Below, one piece after another: positions 1 through 10,000 of a stretch of DNA of 64,000 nucleotides. Position 1 is the stretch's first letter, and each line of letters starts with the position of its first letter. Origin of the DNA: an uncultured Bacteriovoracaceae bacterium (GTDB lineage Bacteria; Bdellovibrionota; UBA2394). The stretch covers positions 10,654 through 74,653 of the forward strand of contig CAZZLQ010000002.1 of the NCBI GenBank assembly GCA_964655245.1. The letters are read 5' to 3'. The notes beneath the pieces are model-generated. The model saw nothing but the letters and a program-made list of their open reading frames with translations, ran no database searches and had not been told where the DNA came from. The position numbers were made by a program, and so were the translations under genes.

Positions 1-2761
1 CAAAATCACTGGGGCTCGGCAGAATAATCTCAAAAACTTAAGCTTTGATCTTCCGCTGGAGAAGATGGTGTGCATCACAGGACCCAGTGGCTCCGGAAAA
101 TCCTCTCTTGCTTTTGATACTCTTTATGCAGAGGGCTATCGGCGCTATGTCGAATCCCTCAGCACCTATGCTCGTCAATTTTTTGAGCGTATTCCCAAGC
201 CGGATGTGGATTCGATTGAAAATATTGCACCCTCTATTGCCCTGCAACAAACCAATCCCGTCAGAAATTCGCGCTCAACCGTTGGAACTCAAACCGAGGT
301 CTATGACTATCTTCGACTGCTTTTTGCCAAGCTTGGACAAACGCACTGTCCCGAGTGCCAAAAACCTATCAGAGCAGATACTCCTCAGTCAGCAGCAGAT
401 GCAATTTTAAGCAAGATTGGCGAGGGATCTGATCGAGCGCTGGTAGGCTTTCTCCTTCCTAGCGCATCGGCAGCAGACCAGCTCTTGGAGAAAGGGTTTG
501 TTCGAAGACTCAAATCTCTGAGCGACAATGAAGTCCTTGAGATTGAATCTGATCGAGGAAAAACACTCAAAGAAAAGACTCCCGTCATTTTTGATCGACT
601 CGTTGTCTCTCTCAAAGAAAGACATCGATTGGTGGAAGCCCTGGAAGGCAGCTTTCGTCTAGGCGAGGGCCTTGCATTTGTTTCATTGATGGGATCACAA
701 TCGATCCAAAAGTTTTCCTCTCGATTTGAATGTGCAGCATGTGGAGTATCCACCGCCAAACCACAACCACTTCTTTTTAGTTTTAACTCTCCCCTTGGAG
801 CGTGTGATGAGTGCAAGGGTTTTGGCAATATCCTCGACTACGACAAAGAGCTCATCATTCCCAACACAAGATTGAGCCTGCAGCGAGGCGCTGTGGATCC
901 CTTCACCAAGCCCATGATGAAAGCCGCTCAGAAAAAGCTTTTTGATTTTGCTCGAGAAGAAGGAATCTCGCTCAGCGATCCTTGGCAGGAACTGGAAGAA
1001 GACGAGCAAAGGGCCTTGTTTTATGGTCGCGGCAAATTCAAAGGAATCCGTGGCGCCTTTGTTCGACTTGAAGATAAAAAATACAAACTTCATGTTCGAG
1101 TTTTTTTGAGGCGCTACCAAAGCAGCTTCTTGTGCCAGACATGTAAGGGGGCTCGCCTCAAATCTTCAGCTCTCAATGTCAAAATCAAAAACAAAACCAT
1201 TGCTGATGTTTGCGAGATGTCACTCGCCGATCTTGAAGCTTGGTTTTCAAAACTCAATTGGTCGGATGGTGAGAAGCTCGTCAATCGTGAGATTCTTCGA
1301 CAAATTGCCGGGCGACTTTCATTTCTCAATCGAATGGGCTTAAGCTATCTGACCCTCGCTAGACTTTCTCGAACTCTATCCGGGGGTGAGTCCCAGCGAA
1401 TCAACCTCGCCAATCAACTTGGGGCTGAACTTTCAGGCACTCTCTATGTTCTCGATGAGCCAAGCATTGGACTTCATGCTGTGGACCGAGATCGCCTGAT
1501 CCAGTCGCTTAAAGATCTTGTTCAAATGGGCAACTCCGTCGTTGTTGTTGAGCATGATCTCGACACGATTCAAGCGGGTGAGTGGGTGATAGAGCTGGGC
1601 CCGCAGAGTGGTGCTCAAGGCGGGGAGCTGGTGTTTCAAGGAAGCCGAGAAAGATTTCAGAAATCCCCCACTCTGACGGCACAATATCTGCGCGGCGAAA
1701 GATTTATCTCTCTTCCCAAAACCTATCGAAACAAAGCGGACGACTGGCTCACTCTTCAGGGTTGCTCTCAAAACAATCTGAAGAATGTGAACCTAAAGAT
1801 CCCTCTCAATCGATTCGTCGGCGTTTCGGGAGTTTCGGGCAGTGGCAAGAGCACGTTGATTCATCAGACCCTCTTTCAAGCCATGGCGAGGCTCTTTCAC
1901 CAGTCGACGGAGCCTATCGGCCGATTTCAAAAGCTCTTTGGATCTGAAAGAGTGCGTGGGGCTGTCATGCTCGACCAGTCCCCCATCGCTCGATCGGGGC
2001 GAAGCATTCCGCTGACCATCATTGGCGCTTTTGATGAAGTTCGCTCGACCTTTGCCAAGACGGCCAAGAATCAAGGGCGAGCTCTTGAGCCTAAACATTT
2101 TTCATTTAATGTTCCGGGCGGTCGGTGCGAGACCTGCTCTGGTGAAGGCGTTGTCACAACAGAAATGTATTTTCTGGACGACGTTACCCTGCCCTGTGAG
2201 GACTGCGATGGAAAAAGATACAAGAAAGAGATTCTTGAGATTTTCTATCGAAGCAAAAACATTCATGACGTCTTTAATATGACCGTCTCTGAAGCCAAAA
2301 AGTTTTTTGCCGACAACTCTTCTCTCGTTGATCGAATGGAGACTCTTGAGCGAGTCGGACTTGGATACTTAAAACTCGGCCAAAATTCTCATGGGCTTTC
2401 TGGGGGAGAGTCACAGCGCCTTCGAATTGCCTCAGAGCTCATGGACCGGCGAAAAAAAGGCTACCTCTATATATTTGATGAGCCCACGACCGGCCTTCAT
2501 ATCAGCGAAGTTGGCCTGTTGATTCAACTCCTCCAAAGCCTCGTCGACTCTGGAAACACGGTGATTGTGATCGAACACAACTTAGATGTTCTGAAGTGTG
2601 TTGATTGGCTCATTGAGCTTGGGCCCGGCGCCGGCGCCCAGGGCGGACAGATTGTGGCAGAGGGGCCGCCAGAGGAAATCGCCAAACTCAAGACGCAAAC
2701 AGCGCCCTTTCTCAAAAACATCATGGGGATTTCATCAAAAGCCGCGAATCTTCGCTCTTAG
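1..2761 (+). CDS. UvrA-family ABC ATPase (divergent UvrA paralogue); 5' end cut by the window edge
   Basis: The frame of ORF 65..2761 stays open back to nt 2. The extra residues KITGARQNNLKNLSFDLPLEK match the UvrA N-terminus just ahead of Walker [10 protein letters not shown]. Two ABC modules are present (LSGGESQR twice; Walker B LDEPS and FDEPT). Zn modules: CPEC..CAAC, CDECKGFG..CQTCKGARL, CETCSGEG..CEDCDGKR. About 100 aa lie between CKGFG and CQTCKGARL, so an insertion domain is present. Confidence 0.9.
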   Translation, partial: KITGARQNNLKNLSFDLPLEKMVCITGPSGSGKSSLAFDTLYAEGYRRYVESLSTYARQFFERIPKPDVDSIENIAPSIALQQTNPVRNSRSTVGTQTEVYDYLRLLFAKLGQTHCPECQKPIRADTPQSAADAILSKIGEGSDRALVGFLLPSASAADQLLEKGFVRRLKSLSDNEVLEIESDRGKTLKEKTPVIFDRLVVSLKERHRLVEALEGSFRLGEGLAFVSLMGSQSIQKFSSRFECAACGVSTAKPQPLLFSFNSPLGACDECKGFGNILDYDKELIIPNTRLSLQRGAVDPFTKPMMKAAQKKLFDFAREEGISLSDPWQELEEDEQRALFYGRGKFKGIRGAFVRLEDKKYKLHVRVFLRRYQSSFLCQTCKGARLKSSALNVKIKNKTIADVCEMSLADLEAWFSKLNWSDGEKLVNREILRQIAGRLSFLNRMGLSYLTLARLSRTLSGGESQRINLANQLGAELSGTLYVLDEPSIGLHAVDRDRLIQSLKDLVQMGNSVVVVEHDLDTIQAGEWVIELGPQSGAQGGELVFQGSRERFQKSPTLTAQYLRGERFISLPKTYRNKADDWLTLQGCSQNNLKNVNLKIPLNRFVGVSGVSGSGKSTLIHQTLFQAMARLFHQSTEPIGRFQKLFGSERVRGAVMLDQSPIARSGRSIPLTIIGAFDEVRSTFAKTAKNQGRALEPKHFSFNVPGGRCETCSGEGVVTTEMYFLDDVTLPCEDCDGKRYKKEILEIFYRSKNIHDVFNMTVSEAKKFFADNSSLVDRMETLERVGLGYLKLGQNSHGLSGGESQRLRIASELMDRRKKGYLYIFDEPTTGLHISEVGLLIQLLQSLVDSGNTVIVIEHNLDVLKCVDWLIELGPGAGAQGGQIVAEGPPEEIAKLKTQTAPFLKNIMGISSKAANLRS

Positions 2762-3370
2762 TACAAGACTGCCGCGACGCCGCCCATCAGCAGAAAAATG
2801 CCCCGCCTCAGGAATGCGAAGCTGCATGGATGCTTCATCAAAATCATGAAGATTAACCTTCATGGTAGTGGCCTGACGAACCAAGCCCCTGTCATCGCAG
2901 CGCACACAGGGCGCGGGTTTTGCGCGACCGGAGCCACCGCAGTCTTCGCAGGAATGAGTCCAGCGATGAGCTCCTCTTTTGATTTCCATGGAGCCACGAC
3001 CTCCACACTTCAGACACATGACTTTGGCATAGGCCCCAAGAGTTGATTTTCCGCGACATGATGGGCACTTCAATAGCTGTTCAATGGGAACGGAAACAGC
3101 AACACCCTCATCCCAGGCAGAGTCGCTCACTTCAATCTCAAGAACAATATCGAGTTGGTCCTCTAATTGGCGACAATGATTTCTAAGCTTCTCTTGTGAA
3201 TCAAGCTTTTCAAACGCCTCTTGGACGCGCCGAAAGTTTGAGGCTGCCACTTCATCTTCAGCGTTAAAGTCTGGATGAAACTGCTTCACCAGTTTTCGGT
3301 GCGCAGCCTTCACTCGCTCAAGATCAAGCGTGGGCTGGAGTTCCAAATCGGCGAAGTAGTTGCGAATCAT
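2735..3370 (-). CDS. Mini-DnaJ: J-domain protein with a DnaJ-type zinc finger, lacking the G/F region and C-terminal substrate-binding domains
   Basis: 211 aa. HPD motif (KQFHPDF). Four CxxCxGxG-like pairs: CPSCRGKS, CLKCGGRG, CEDCGGSG, CVRCDDRG. The 3' end overlaps the convergent UvrA paralogue by 27 nt. Confidence 0.8.
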   Translation of the reverse strand: MIRNYFADLELQPTLDLERVKAAHRKLVKQFHPDFNAEDEVAASNFRRVQEAFEKLDSQEKLRNHCRQLEDQLDIVLEIEVSDSAWDEGVAVSVPIEQLLKCPSCRGKSTLGAYAKVMCLKCGGRGSMEIKRGAHRWTHSCEDCGGSGRAKPAPCVRCDDRGLVRQATTMKVNLHDFDEASMQLRIPEAGHFSADGRRRGSLVLRAKIRGF

Positions 3371-3382
3371 TTAACTCTCGAC

Positions 3383-4861
3383 ATGATAAACGAATTCACG
3401 GACTTTGACTTTATGATTCTAGGCTTGGATCAGGGGACAACAGGCACAACAGCAGTGATTCTCAACGATAAGGGGCGTCTCATTGCCAAGGCGACCACTC
3501 CTGTTCAGCAGTTTTTTCCAAAGCCAGGCTGGGTGGAGCACGATCCCGAACAGATTTGGAAGACCGTGGGGAAATCAATCTCCTCTGTGCTTAAACAGTC
3601 GGGAAAGTCCGCCAAGAACATCCGCTGCATCGGAATCACCAATCAGCGCGAGACCGTCTCTGTTTTTAAAAACCGAAAGCCCCTCCACCGTTTTATTGTT
3701 TGGCAAGACAGGCGAACCGCTGAGGCGTGCGCAACCCTGAAGCGGTATGAATCAACAGTGGCTCATCGTTCGGGCCTTCCGATTGATCCTTATTTCTCAG
3801 CGACAAAGATCCGGTGGATTCAGGATAAACTTTCTTTAAGTGCGGCCGATAAGGATCTTCGATTTAGAACAATCGATAGTTTTTTGATTGAGCGAATGAC
3901 CGGTGCCGACGCAATTGAAGTGACTAACGCCTCTCGAACCTCGCTCTTGTCCCTCAGAGAGCTTGCGTGGGGCGGAGACCTTTTTGAAATTTTTGGCATT
4001 CCTCGAGACTGGGCCCCTCGCGTCATCCCCTCTCAGTTTGAAGATCTTAGAACCAAAGGACTTTCGTTTTTGCCAGACGGCATTCCCGTTTGTGCAGCCC
4101 TTGGCGATCAGCAAGCCGCTCTCTTTGGTCAAGCTGGGTGGAATGAGGGCGATGGAAAAATTACATTCGGAACCGGCTCATTTATTCTTTTGAATACAGG
4201 ATCGATTCCGATCGCTTCAAAAAATAAACTTATCTCAACTGTGGCACTTCAGTGGAAATCGGGCCAGGCGCTCTACGCGCTTGAAGGCTCAGCATTCATT
4301 TGTGGCGCCTGGGTTCAGTGGCTTAGAGACCAGCTTCGACTTTTAAAAAAGTCATCGGATATAGAGGCTCTCGCCAAGAAGACCAAGTCTTCCGGCGGGG
4401 TCTTTGTTTTGCCCGCGCTCAGCGGTTGGGGCGCTCCGTTTTGGAGCCCACAGTCTCGCGGCTCCATCATGGGACTGACTCGTGGCTCTGGCCCCGAGCA
4501 TATTGCACGAGCTTCACTCGAAGCGCTGGCATTTCAAAATCGAGCTCTTGTTGATGCGATGAAAGGAGATTCTCATGCTCACCGCCTTTCATGGAAGGTG
4601 GATGGAGGCGCCGTCAGCAACAGTCTGCTCATGCAGATTCAAGCAAACGCCCTTGGCCTTCCCCTTCAGCGCCCGAAAAATTTAGAAGCAACGGCAACTG
4701 GTGTGGCACTCCTTGCAGCCCACCAACGAGGCATTCTTGATCTCGACGCCATTCAAAAATCCTGGAAGCTCGATCGGGAATTTAAACCAAATAGCGAACA
4801 GCAGGAAACCGACGCTCTCTATCGAAGCTGGCTCTCTCTTGCCCAGAGAACTCTTGCCTAG
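3383..4861 (+). CDS. glpK: Glycerol kinase
   Basis: FGGY-kinase signatures are present, including LGLDQGTTGTTAV at the N-terminus, ITNQRETV and KITFGTGSF, over a typical length of about 490 aa. Start placed at ATG 3383; ATG 3413 is also possible. The ORF-track start at 3275 would run through the divergent J-domain gene. Confidence 0.92.
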   Translation: MINEFTDFDFMILGLDQGTTGTTAVILNDKGRLIAKATTPVQQFFPKPGWVEHDPEQIWKTVGKSISSVLKQSGKSAKNIRCIGITNQRETVSVFKNRKPLHRFIVWQDRRTAEACATLKRYESTVAHRSGLPIDPYFSATKIRWIQDKLSLSAADKDLRFRTIDSFLIERMTGADAIEVTNASRTSLLSLRELAWGGDLFEIFGIPRDWAPRVIPSQFEDLRTKGLSFLPDGIPVCAALGDQQAALFGQAGWNEGDGKITFGTGSFILLNTGSIPIASKNKLISTVALQWKSGQALYALEGSAFICGAWVQWLRDQLRLLKKSSDIEALAKKTKSSGGVFVLPALSGWGAPFWSPQSRGSIMGLTRGSGPEHIARASLEALAFQNRALVDAMKGDSHAHRLSWKVDGGAVSNSLLMQIQANALGLPLQRPKNLEATATGVALLAAHQRGILDLDAIQKSWKLDREFKPNSEQQETDALYRSWLSLAQRTLA

Positions 4862-4867
4862 ACTGAT

Positions 4868-5785
4868 TTAGTCTTGAGGCTGCCCATCTTCTTCCGGCAA
4901 ACCTGCGCAGCTAAAATTTGCAAGTGCTTGCTGAAATGTCTCTTCAAAGGATCGGTTAAGCTTTCCCTCAAACAAGTGCTGAGAAATCCAGGTTCGATCC
5001 AGATCCTGCAGGTCTGTTTGAACCATATTTGCCCCATCTCCATCCAAAAATCGTTTCCAGGCATCAAAGCCATCCGAGAACAAAACGCCAAGCCCCTTCA
5101 TTTGCTCGCCCCAATACTCGAGAACCCCGTCTCGATACCAATAGCCATTAATCTCAGCACCCCAAGATCTCTTCCAAATAGCTTCGAGCAAATCGCGTCG
5201 TCCCTCGCATCGCTGCCGAGTCTCCCCCTCAAAAGGTCTTTCAAGAGTGCGAACGATGTGAGCATGACTCTGAAGCGCCCATCCGATGAAGCTCGCATAG
5301 GCCTCTTCGAGTGTGGTTGCTCTCTTATTCGAAGGAATCTCTTGATACAGATTCTGAGCGCGCCGCGCGAGAAAGCGCTTGTGCGAGTTGAACTCGGGTA
5401 GGACCTGAATGAAGTTTGCCATATAGGCATGGTAGGCCTCATGAGCGACTGTGCCGAAGTCACTGTCGCTCATCTGGGTCCGCGGCTTCAATCGACCTAA
5501 GACATCTCCCGCTGTTGCTGAAAGCACCAGGCGATTGAAGAAAGGCTGATATTGATTCGTCTGACCCTTTCTCAATTCGATGTGATGAACCGATGATAAT
5601 CCCTCAACAAGAAAGTTGAATCTATACGGACTTTCTTCCAAACTTTCTATGAAAGGTGCAATTTGTTCAGACACATCGACAGCGAGAATTCGCTGAGGAA
5701 CCGTGACTGACAAAATTGAAATTAAAAAAATGACAATAAGCGATCGCCCGTCAAGACCGGGCCTGCCCTTCAAGATCATCCCCAT
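4868..5785 (-). CDS. Secreted hypothetical protein with an HExxH zinc-peptidase motif
   Basis: N-terminal hydrophobic signal or anchor (LIVIFLISILSVTV). HEAYH is encoded at 5429..5443. A possible third ligand lies about 45 aa downstream (LEEAYASF). I recognise no family. Confidence 0.6.
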   Translation of the reverse strand: MGMILKGRPGLDGRSLIVIFLISILSVTVPQRILAVDVSEQIAPFIESLEESPYRFNFLVEGLSSVHHIELRKGQTNQYQPFFNRLVLSATAGDVLGRLKPRTQMSDSDFGTVAHEAYHAYMANFIQVLPEFNSHKRFLARRAQNLYQEIPSNKRATTLEEAYASFIGWALQSHAHIVRTLERPFEGETRQRCEGRRDLLEAIWKRSWGAEINGYWYRDGVLEYWGEQMKGLGVLFSDGFDAWKRFLDGDGANMVQTDLQDLDRTWISQHLFEGKLNRSFEETFQQALANFSCAGLPEEDGQPQD

Positions 5786-5830
5786 TTTCCCCCACCTTCA
5801 TTACATCGGGGCCAACAGAGGTGCGTCAAT

Positions 5831-7021
5831 ATGAAACAAGTTTCGACAGGAATTGAATCACTCAAAGGCGAGCTTTCTCGCTGGAAAAAATCTCACAAAC
5901 GAAAGCCTCGCGTTGGCATCTTGTGTCATCCCTCCAGCGCGTCGCGTCAATTTGAACATCTCAAAACAGTCGTCGATGCACACGCCGAACTCGTTTGCTC
6001 CTTTGGTCCACAGCACGGAATTCACGGCGAAACTCAAGACAATATGATTGAGTGGCAAGACCATCATGACGAGAAGGGCCGCCCTGTTCATTCACTGTAT
6101 GGCGAGCGAAGAATTCCTACACCTCAATCCCTTCAGGGGCTTGATCTTGTCATCTGCGATCTTTTTGATGTGGGCGCCCGATACTATACGTTCATCTACA
6201 CCCTCTATTATATGATGGAGGTTTGCGGAACTCTTCGAATTCCTGTTTGGATTTGCGACCGGCCCAATCCACTCGGTGGCAACCTTGTCGAGGGCAACAT
6301 CTTAGACACTCGTTACAAATCTTTTGTCGGCCTTCATCCCATCACTGTTTGCCACGGAATGACTATTGGTGAGCTTGCTCAATTCTTTTTGCAATTCTGC
6401 TCACAGATCCCACAGATCAAAATTCTCAAGATGAGGGGCTGGACGAGGTCCATGTTTTGGAAAGACACGGGCCTTGTTTGGACTCTGCCCTCTCCCAATA
6501 TGCCAAATGACCAGACGGCACTTGTCTATCCTGGGATGTGTCTATTGGAGGGAACGAGCATCTCTGAGGGTCGCGGCACAACACGACCCTTTGAGCTGAT
6601 TGGCGCGCCATTCTTTGATTGGCACCAAATTGAATCCATTTACCAATCGGAGGCTAAGCGCCTTGGCCTTGCTCCTGTTATTTTTCATCGACAAGGCTTC
6701 ATCCCCACATTCCATAAATTCAAGGAGCAGGTCTGCCGAGGAGCTCTTCAGTTCGTTCCCCGAGCGCGCGGCTTTAAGCCCCTTCGACATATGACTCTGC
6801 TGCTTTGGATTTTCCGAAAGCTCTACGCCAACCAATGGCAGTGGAAGCAGCCACCCTACGAGTACGAGTACCACAAACTCCCCATCGACATCCTCGCCGG
6901 GGGGCCAGCCCTGCGCGAAGCCGTCGATGAGCAGCGGCCGCTCAAAGAGCTCTTTAAAAGCTGGGAGAGGGACGAAAAGGACTTCCACAAAATTCGAAAG
7001 CCCTATCTGTTGTATAAATAA
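5831..7021 (+). CDS. DUF1343 family protein (NamZ-like exo-beta-N-acetylmuramidase family)
   Basis: Family-typical blocks: VGILCHPSS, GPQHG..GE.QDNM, LYGE, DLFDVGARYYTFIYTLYYMME, CDRPNPLGG, HGMTIGELA. Confidence 0.8.
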   Translation: MKQVSTGIESLKGELSRWKKSHKRKPRVGILCHPSSASRQFEHLKTVVDAHAELVCSFGPQHGIHGETQDNMIEWQDHHDEKGRPVHSLYGERRIPTPQSLQGLDLVICDLFDVGARYYTFIYTLYYMMEVCGTLRIPVWICDRPNPLGGNLVEGNILDTRYKSFVGLHPITVCHGMTIGELAQFFLQFCSQIPQIKILKMRGWTRSMFWKDTGLVWTLPSPNMPNDQTALVYPGMCLLEGTSISEGRGTTRPFELIGAPFFDWHQIESIYQSEAKRLGLAPVIFHRQGFIPTFHKFKEQVCRGALQFVPRARGFKPLRHMTLLLWIFRKLYANQWQWKQPPYEYEYHKLPIDILAGGPALREAVDEQRPLKELFKSWERDEKDFHKIRKPYLLYK

Positions 7022-7055
7022 GAGGCAATTCCCAGGCTGAACTTTCAAACGAAAC

Positions 7056-10000
7056 TTGATATGGTTTCGCTGCTTGGAACCAAAGACACATACGATTCAC
7101 GGGCTTGCCGCATCCAGTCCGCTTTATTTTATTGCTGAGCACTTCGATTCAGCCCTCGTCGTCTTTCCGACCAGGGTGGACCTGTCGCGCGCGCGAGAAA
7201 CCCTCTCTTATTTTAAGCCAGACGCCCAAGTACTTGCCTTTCCAGCTTTTGAAAGATTTTTTGAGCCCCTTAAGCAGGAGCCCGGCATTTTGTACGACCG
7301 CCTTCGGACTCAAAACGAGCTCATCGACCGGCAGTCCAAGCAAGTCTTTGTGCTGACTAACCTGCCCGCCCTATCTCATCGCACGCTTTCTAAGCGCAGA
7401 TTCTCCACAAGCCGGCTCACACTTAAGAAATCGGATTGGATGAGCCGCGACAAACTCATCATGGATCTAAGCAGCCTCGGCTATCGAAGAGACGATCTCG
7501 CAGAAGATCCGGGCTTTTACTCCGTTCGAGGCTTTCTCCTGGACGTCTTTCTTCCCTACCGAACCCATCCTGTACGAATCGAATTCTTTGGTGATGAAAT
7601 CATTTCGATTCGATCTTTCGAAGCATCATCTCAAAGATCTCTCGAAGAGCTGAATGAGTTAATCATCCCCCCCGTTCGAGAGCTCATCACCACATCCGAG
7701 CGCTGGAGCAAAGCTAAAGAGCGCATCAAAGACTACGGGGACTCAAGAGGAGTTGGCTTTGATGAGCGAGAGAAACTTTTCTTTGATCTAGAAAACAATC
7801 GGGACGTTCTTGAGCCTCGCTGGCTTCTTCCTGCATTTGAGGAACAGCTTGAGACTCTTTTTGATTACCTTCCAAACAAAATTCCTCTCGTTTGGGTGGA
7901 CCCCGAAGAAGCTCGCGAAGACTTTGAGCGCGCTCAGCGCGACGATGCACGATCATTTGAATCACTGAACAAACTTGCCTTTCCTTTGGAACAAACGATC
8001 GACCCACTCTCAGATCTTCTCAACAAATCGGGCTCAGAGCTTCGATCCCTTGTTTCGGCGAAAGGCCTTGGATATCAAGTCGAAGGCCTTGAGACGCTGC
8101 GCGATCGGCTGGTCAAATCAAAATCTTTCGGCCCCCTTGAGTCTCTTTGTCTTGATCTTGCGGATAAGGGCATCAAAACCGATCTCATCATCAACTCTCC
8201 CAAGCGCCGAGAGGCTCTCCTCGAAAGCCTTGAGAAAGCACGAAGTCACATACGATTTCATGATGGCCCACCTTTTGATGGATTTGTTTCAACAACATTT
8301 CAGCGCGCATTTATTACAGAGCGAGATATTTTTGGCGTTAAGCGCAAACACAGTGGATCTGCTCAAAAAACAAAAGAGGATTTTCTTCGGCAGTTTTCCG
8401 ATCTTGTCGACGGCGACTATGTCATCCACGAGGATCATGGGATCGCTCGATATCATGGACTTCAGCAACTCGAAATCAACGGCGGAAAAACCGAGTTTCT
8501 CGTTCTCGAATATGCAGACAACGACCGGCTTTATCTTCCCGTCTATCGATTGGACAAGCTCTCCCGCTATGTCAGCGATGAATACGGCTCCCCACGACTT
8601 GATCGGCTTGGCTCAACCGCTTTTGCAAAACGGAAATCAAAAATACGAGAAGACATTCTTCGTATCGCACACGAACTCTTGCAGATCGCAGCTGAGCGTC
8701 GGCTCAGCCGCGTTGAACGACAAAAATACGATGAAGCCAAGCTTCGCGCCTTCGGGGATGCGTTTGCGTACGACCTGACAGGCGATCAAGAGCAGGCCGT
8801 CCAGGAGATTCAAGAGGATCTCAACAAAAATCATCCCATGGATCGACTCATTTGCGGAGATGTTGGGTTTGGCAAGACCGAGGTTGCCATGCGAGCGGCC
8901 ATGATTGCACTCCTTCGAGGACAGCAAGTAGCCCTTCTTGCGCCTACAACAGTTCTTGTTGAACAACACTACCGAGGCCTTCAAAGAAGATTTAAGGATT
9001 TCAATTTCAAAATCGAGCGCCTCTCACGGTTCGTTTCGGCAGCTGACCAAAAAAAGATCGCGGATCGCCTGAAAAAGGGTGAGGTGGATCTCGTCGTCGG
9101 AACGCACCGGCTTCTGGGCTCTGACATCGAGATGAATCGTTTGGGGTTATTGATTGTAGATGAGGAGCAAAAGTTCGGCGTCAAACACAAAGAGCGTCTG
9201 AAAAAAATGCGAGCTCAGGTCGACATTTTGACTCTCTCTGCCACGCCCATTCCTCGAACGCTTCAGCTGTCGGTTTCTGGCATTCGGGAGCTGAGCCTGA
9301 TTACAACTCCACCTGAGAATAGAGAATCAGTCCGAACTTTTGTGGCAGGATTTGAAGAAAGCCTGATTCGATCGGCGATCGAGCGAGAACTAGCACGAGG
9401 CGGACAAGTGCTGTTTGTTCACAACAGAGTGCAAACGATTGATGCTCTTTCACAGAAGCTGCGTGCGTGGATGCCCAAACTTCGTTTTGTTGTTGCTCAT
9501 GGACAGATGAAGGAGACTGACCTTGAGCAGCGGATGATTGAATTCATCGAAGGCAAAGCTGAGCTCTTGCTCGCAACGTCCATCATCGAAAACGGAATCG
9601 ACATTCCGACTGCCAACACGATTTTAATCGATCACCCTGAACTGTTTGGTTTGAGCAACCTCTACCAATTGCGCGGCCGGGTGGGCCGAAGCTTTCAAAC
9701 CGCTTATGCCTACTTTCTCGTTCACGAGGAAACGCGCCTGACGCCCGAGGCCTCAAAACGGCTTCAGGTCATTCAAACCTACACAGAGCTGGGCAGTGGT
9801 TTTAACGTGGCGACTCACGACATGGAAATCAGAGGCTCTGGTAATATTTTAGGCGAGGAGCAGTCTGGTGTGATTGCGGAGGTTGGGCTTGAGCTTTATA
9901 CACAAATGCTTCAAGAGACGCTTCGCGAGATTCAAAATCAAAAACCCACAGCTCCTCTGCCCGAACTCAATACTGGATACACTGCCTTTATCCCCGAGTC

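Noticed and set aside
7975-8778. 267-aa same-strand ORF inside mfd. Other long internal or antisense ORFs include 24922..25584 in gyrB and 22721..23377 in gyrA, plus the many ORFs inside the S8 protease gene.
   Set aside because: Each lies wholly within a gene whose homology is continuous across the region. Their translations are low-complexity and carry no motifs, so they are treated as frame shadows.
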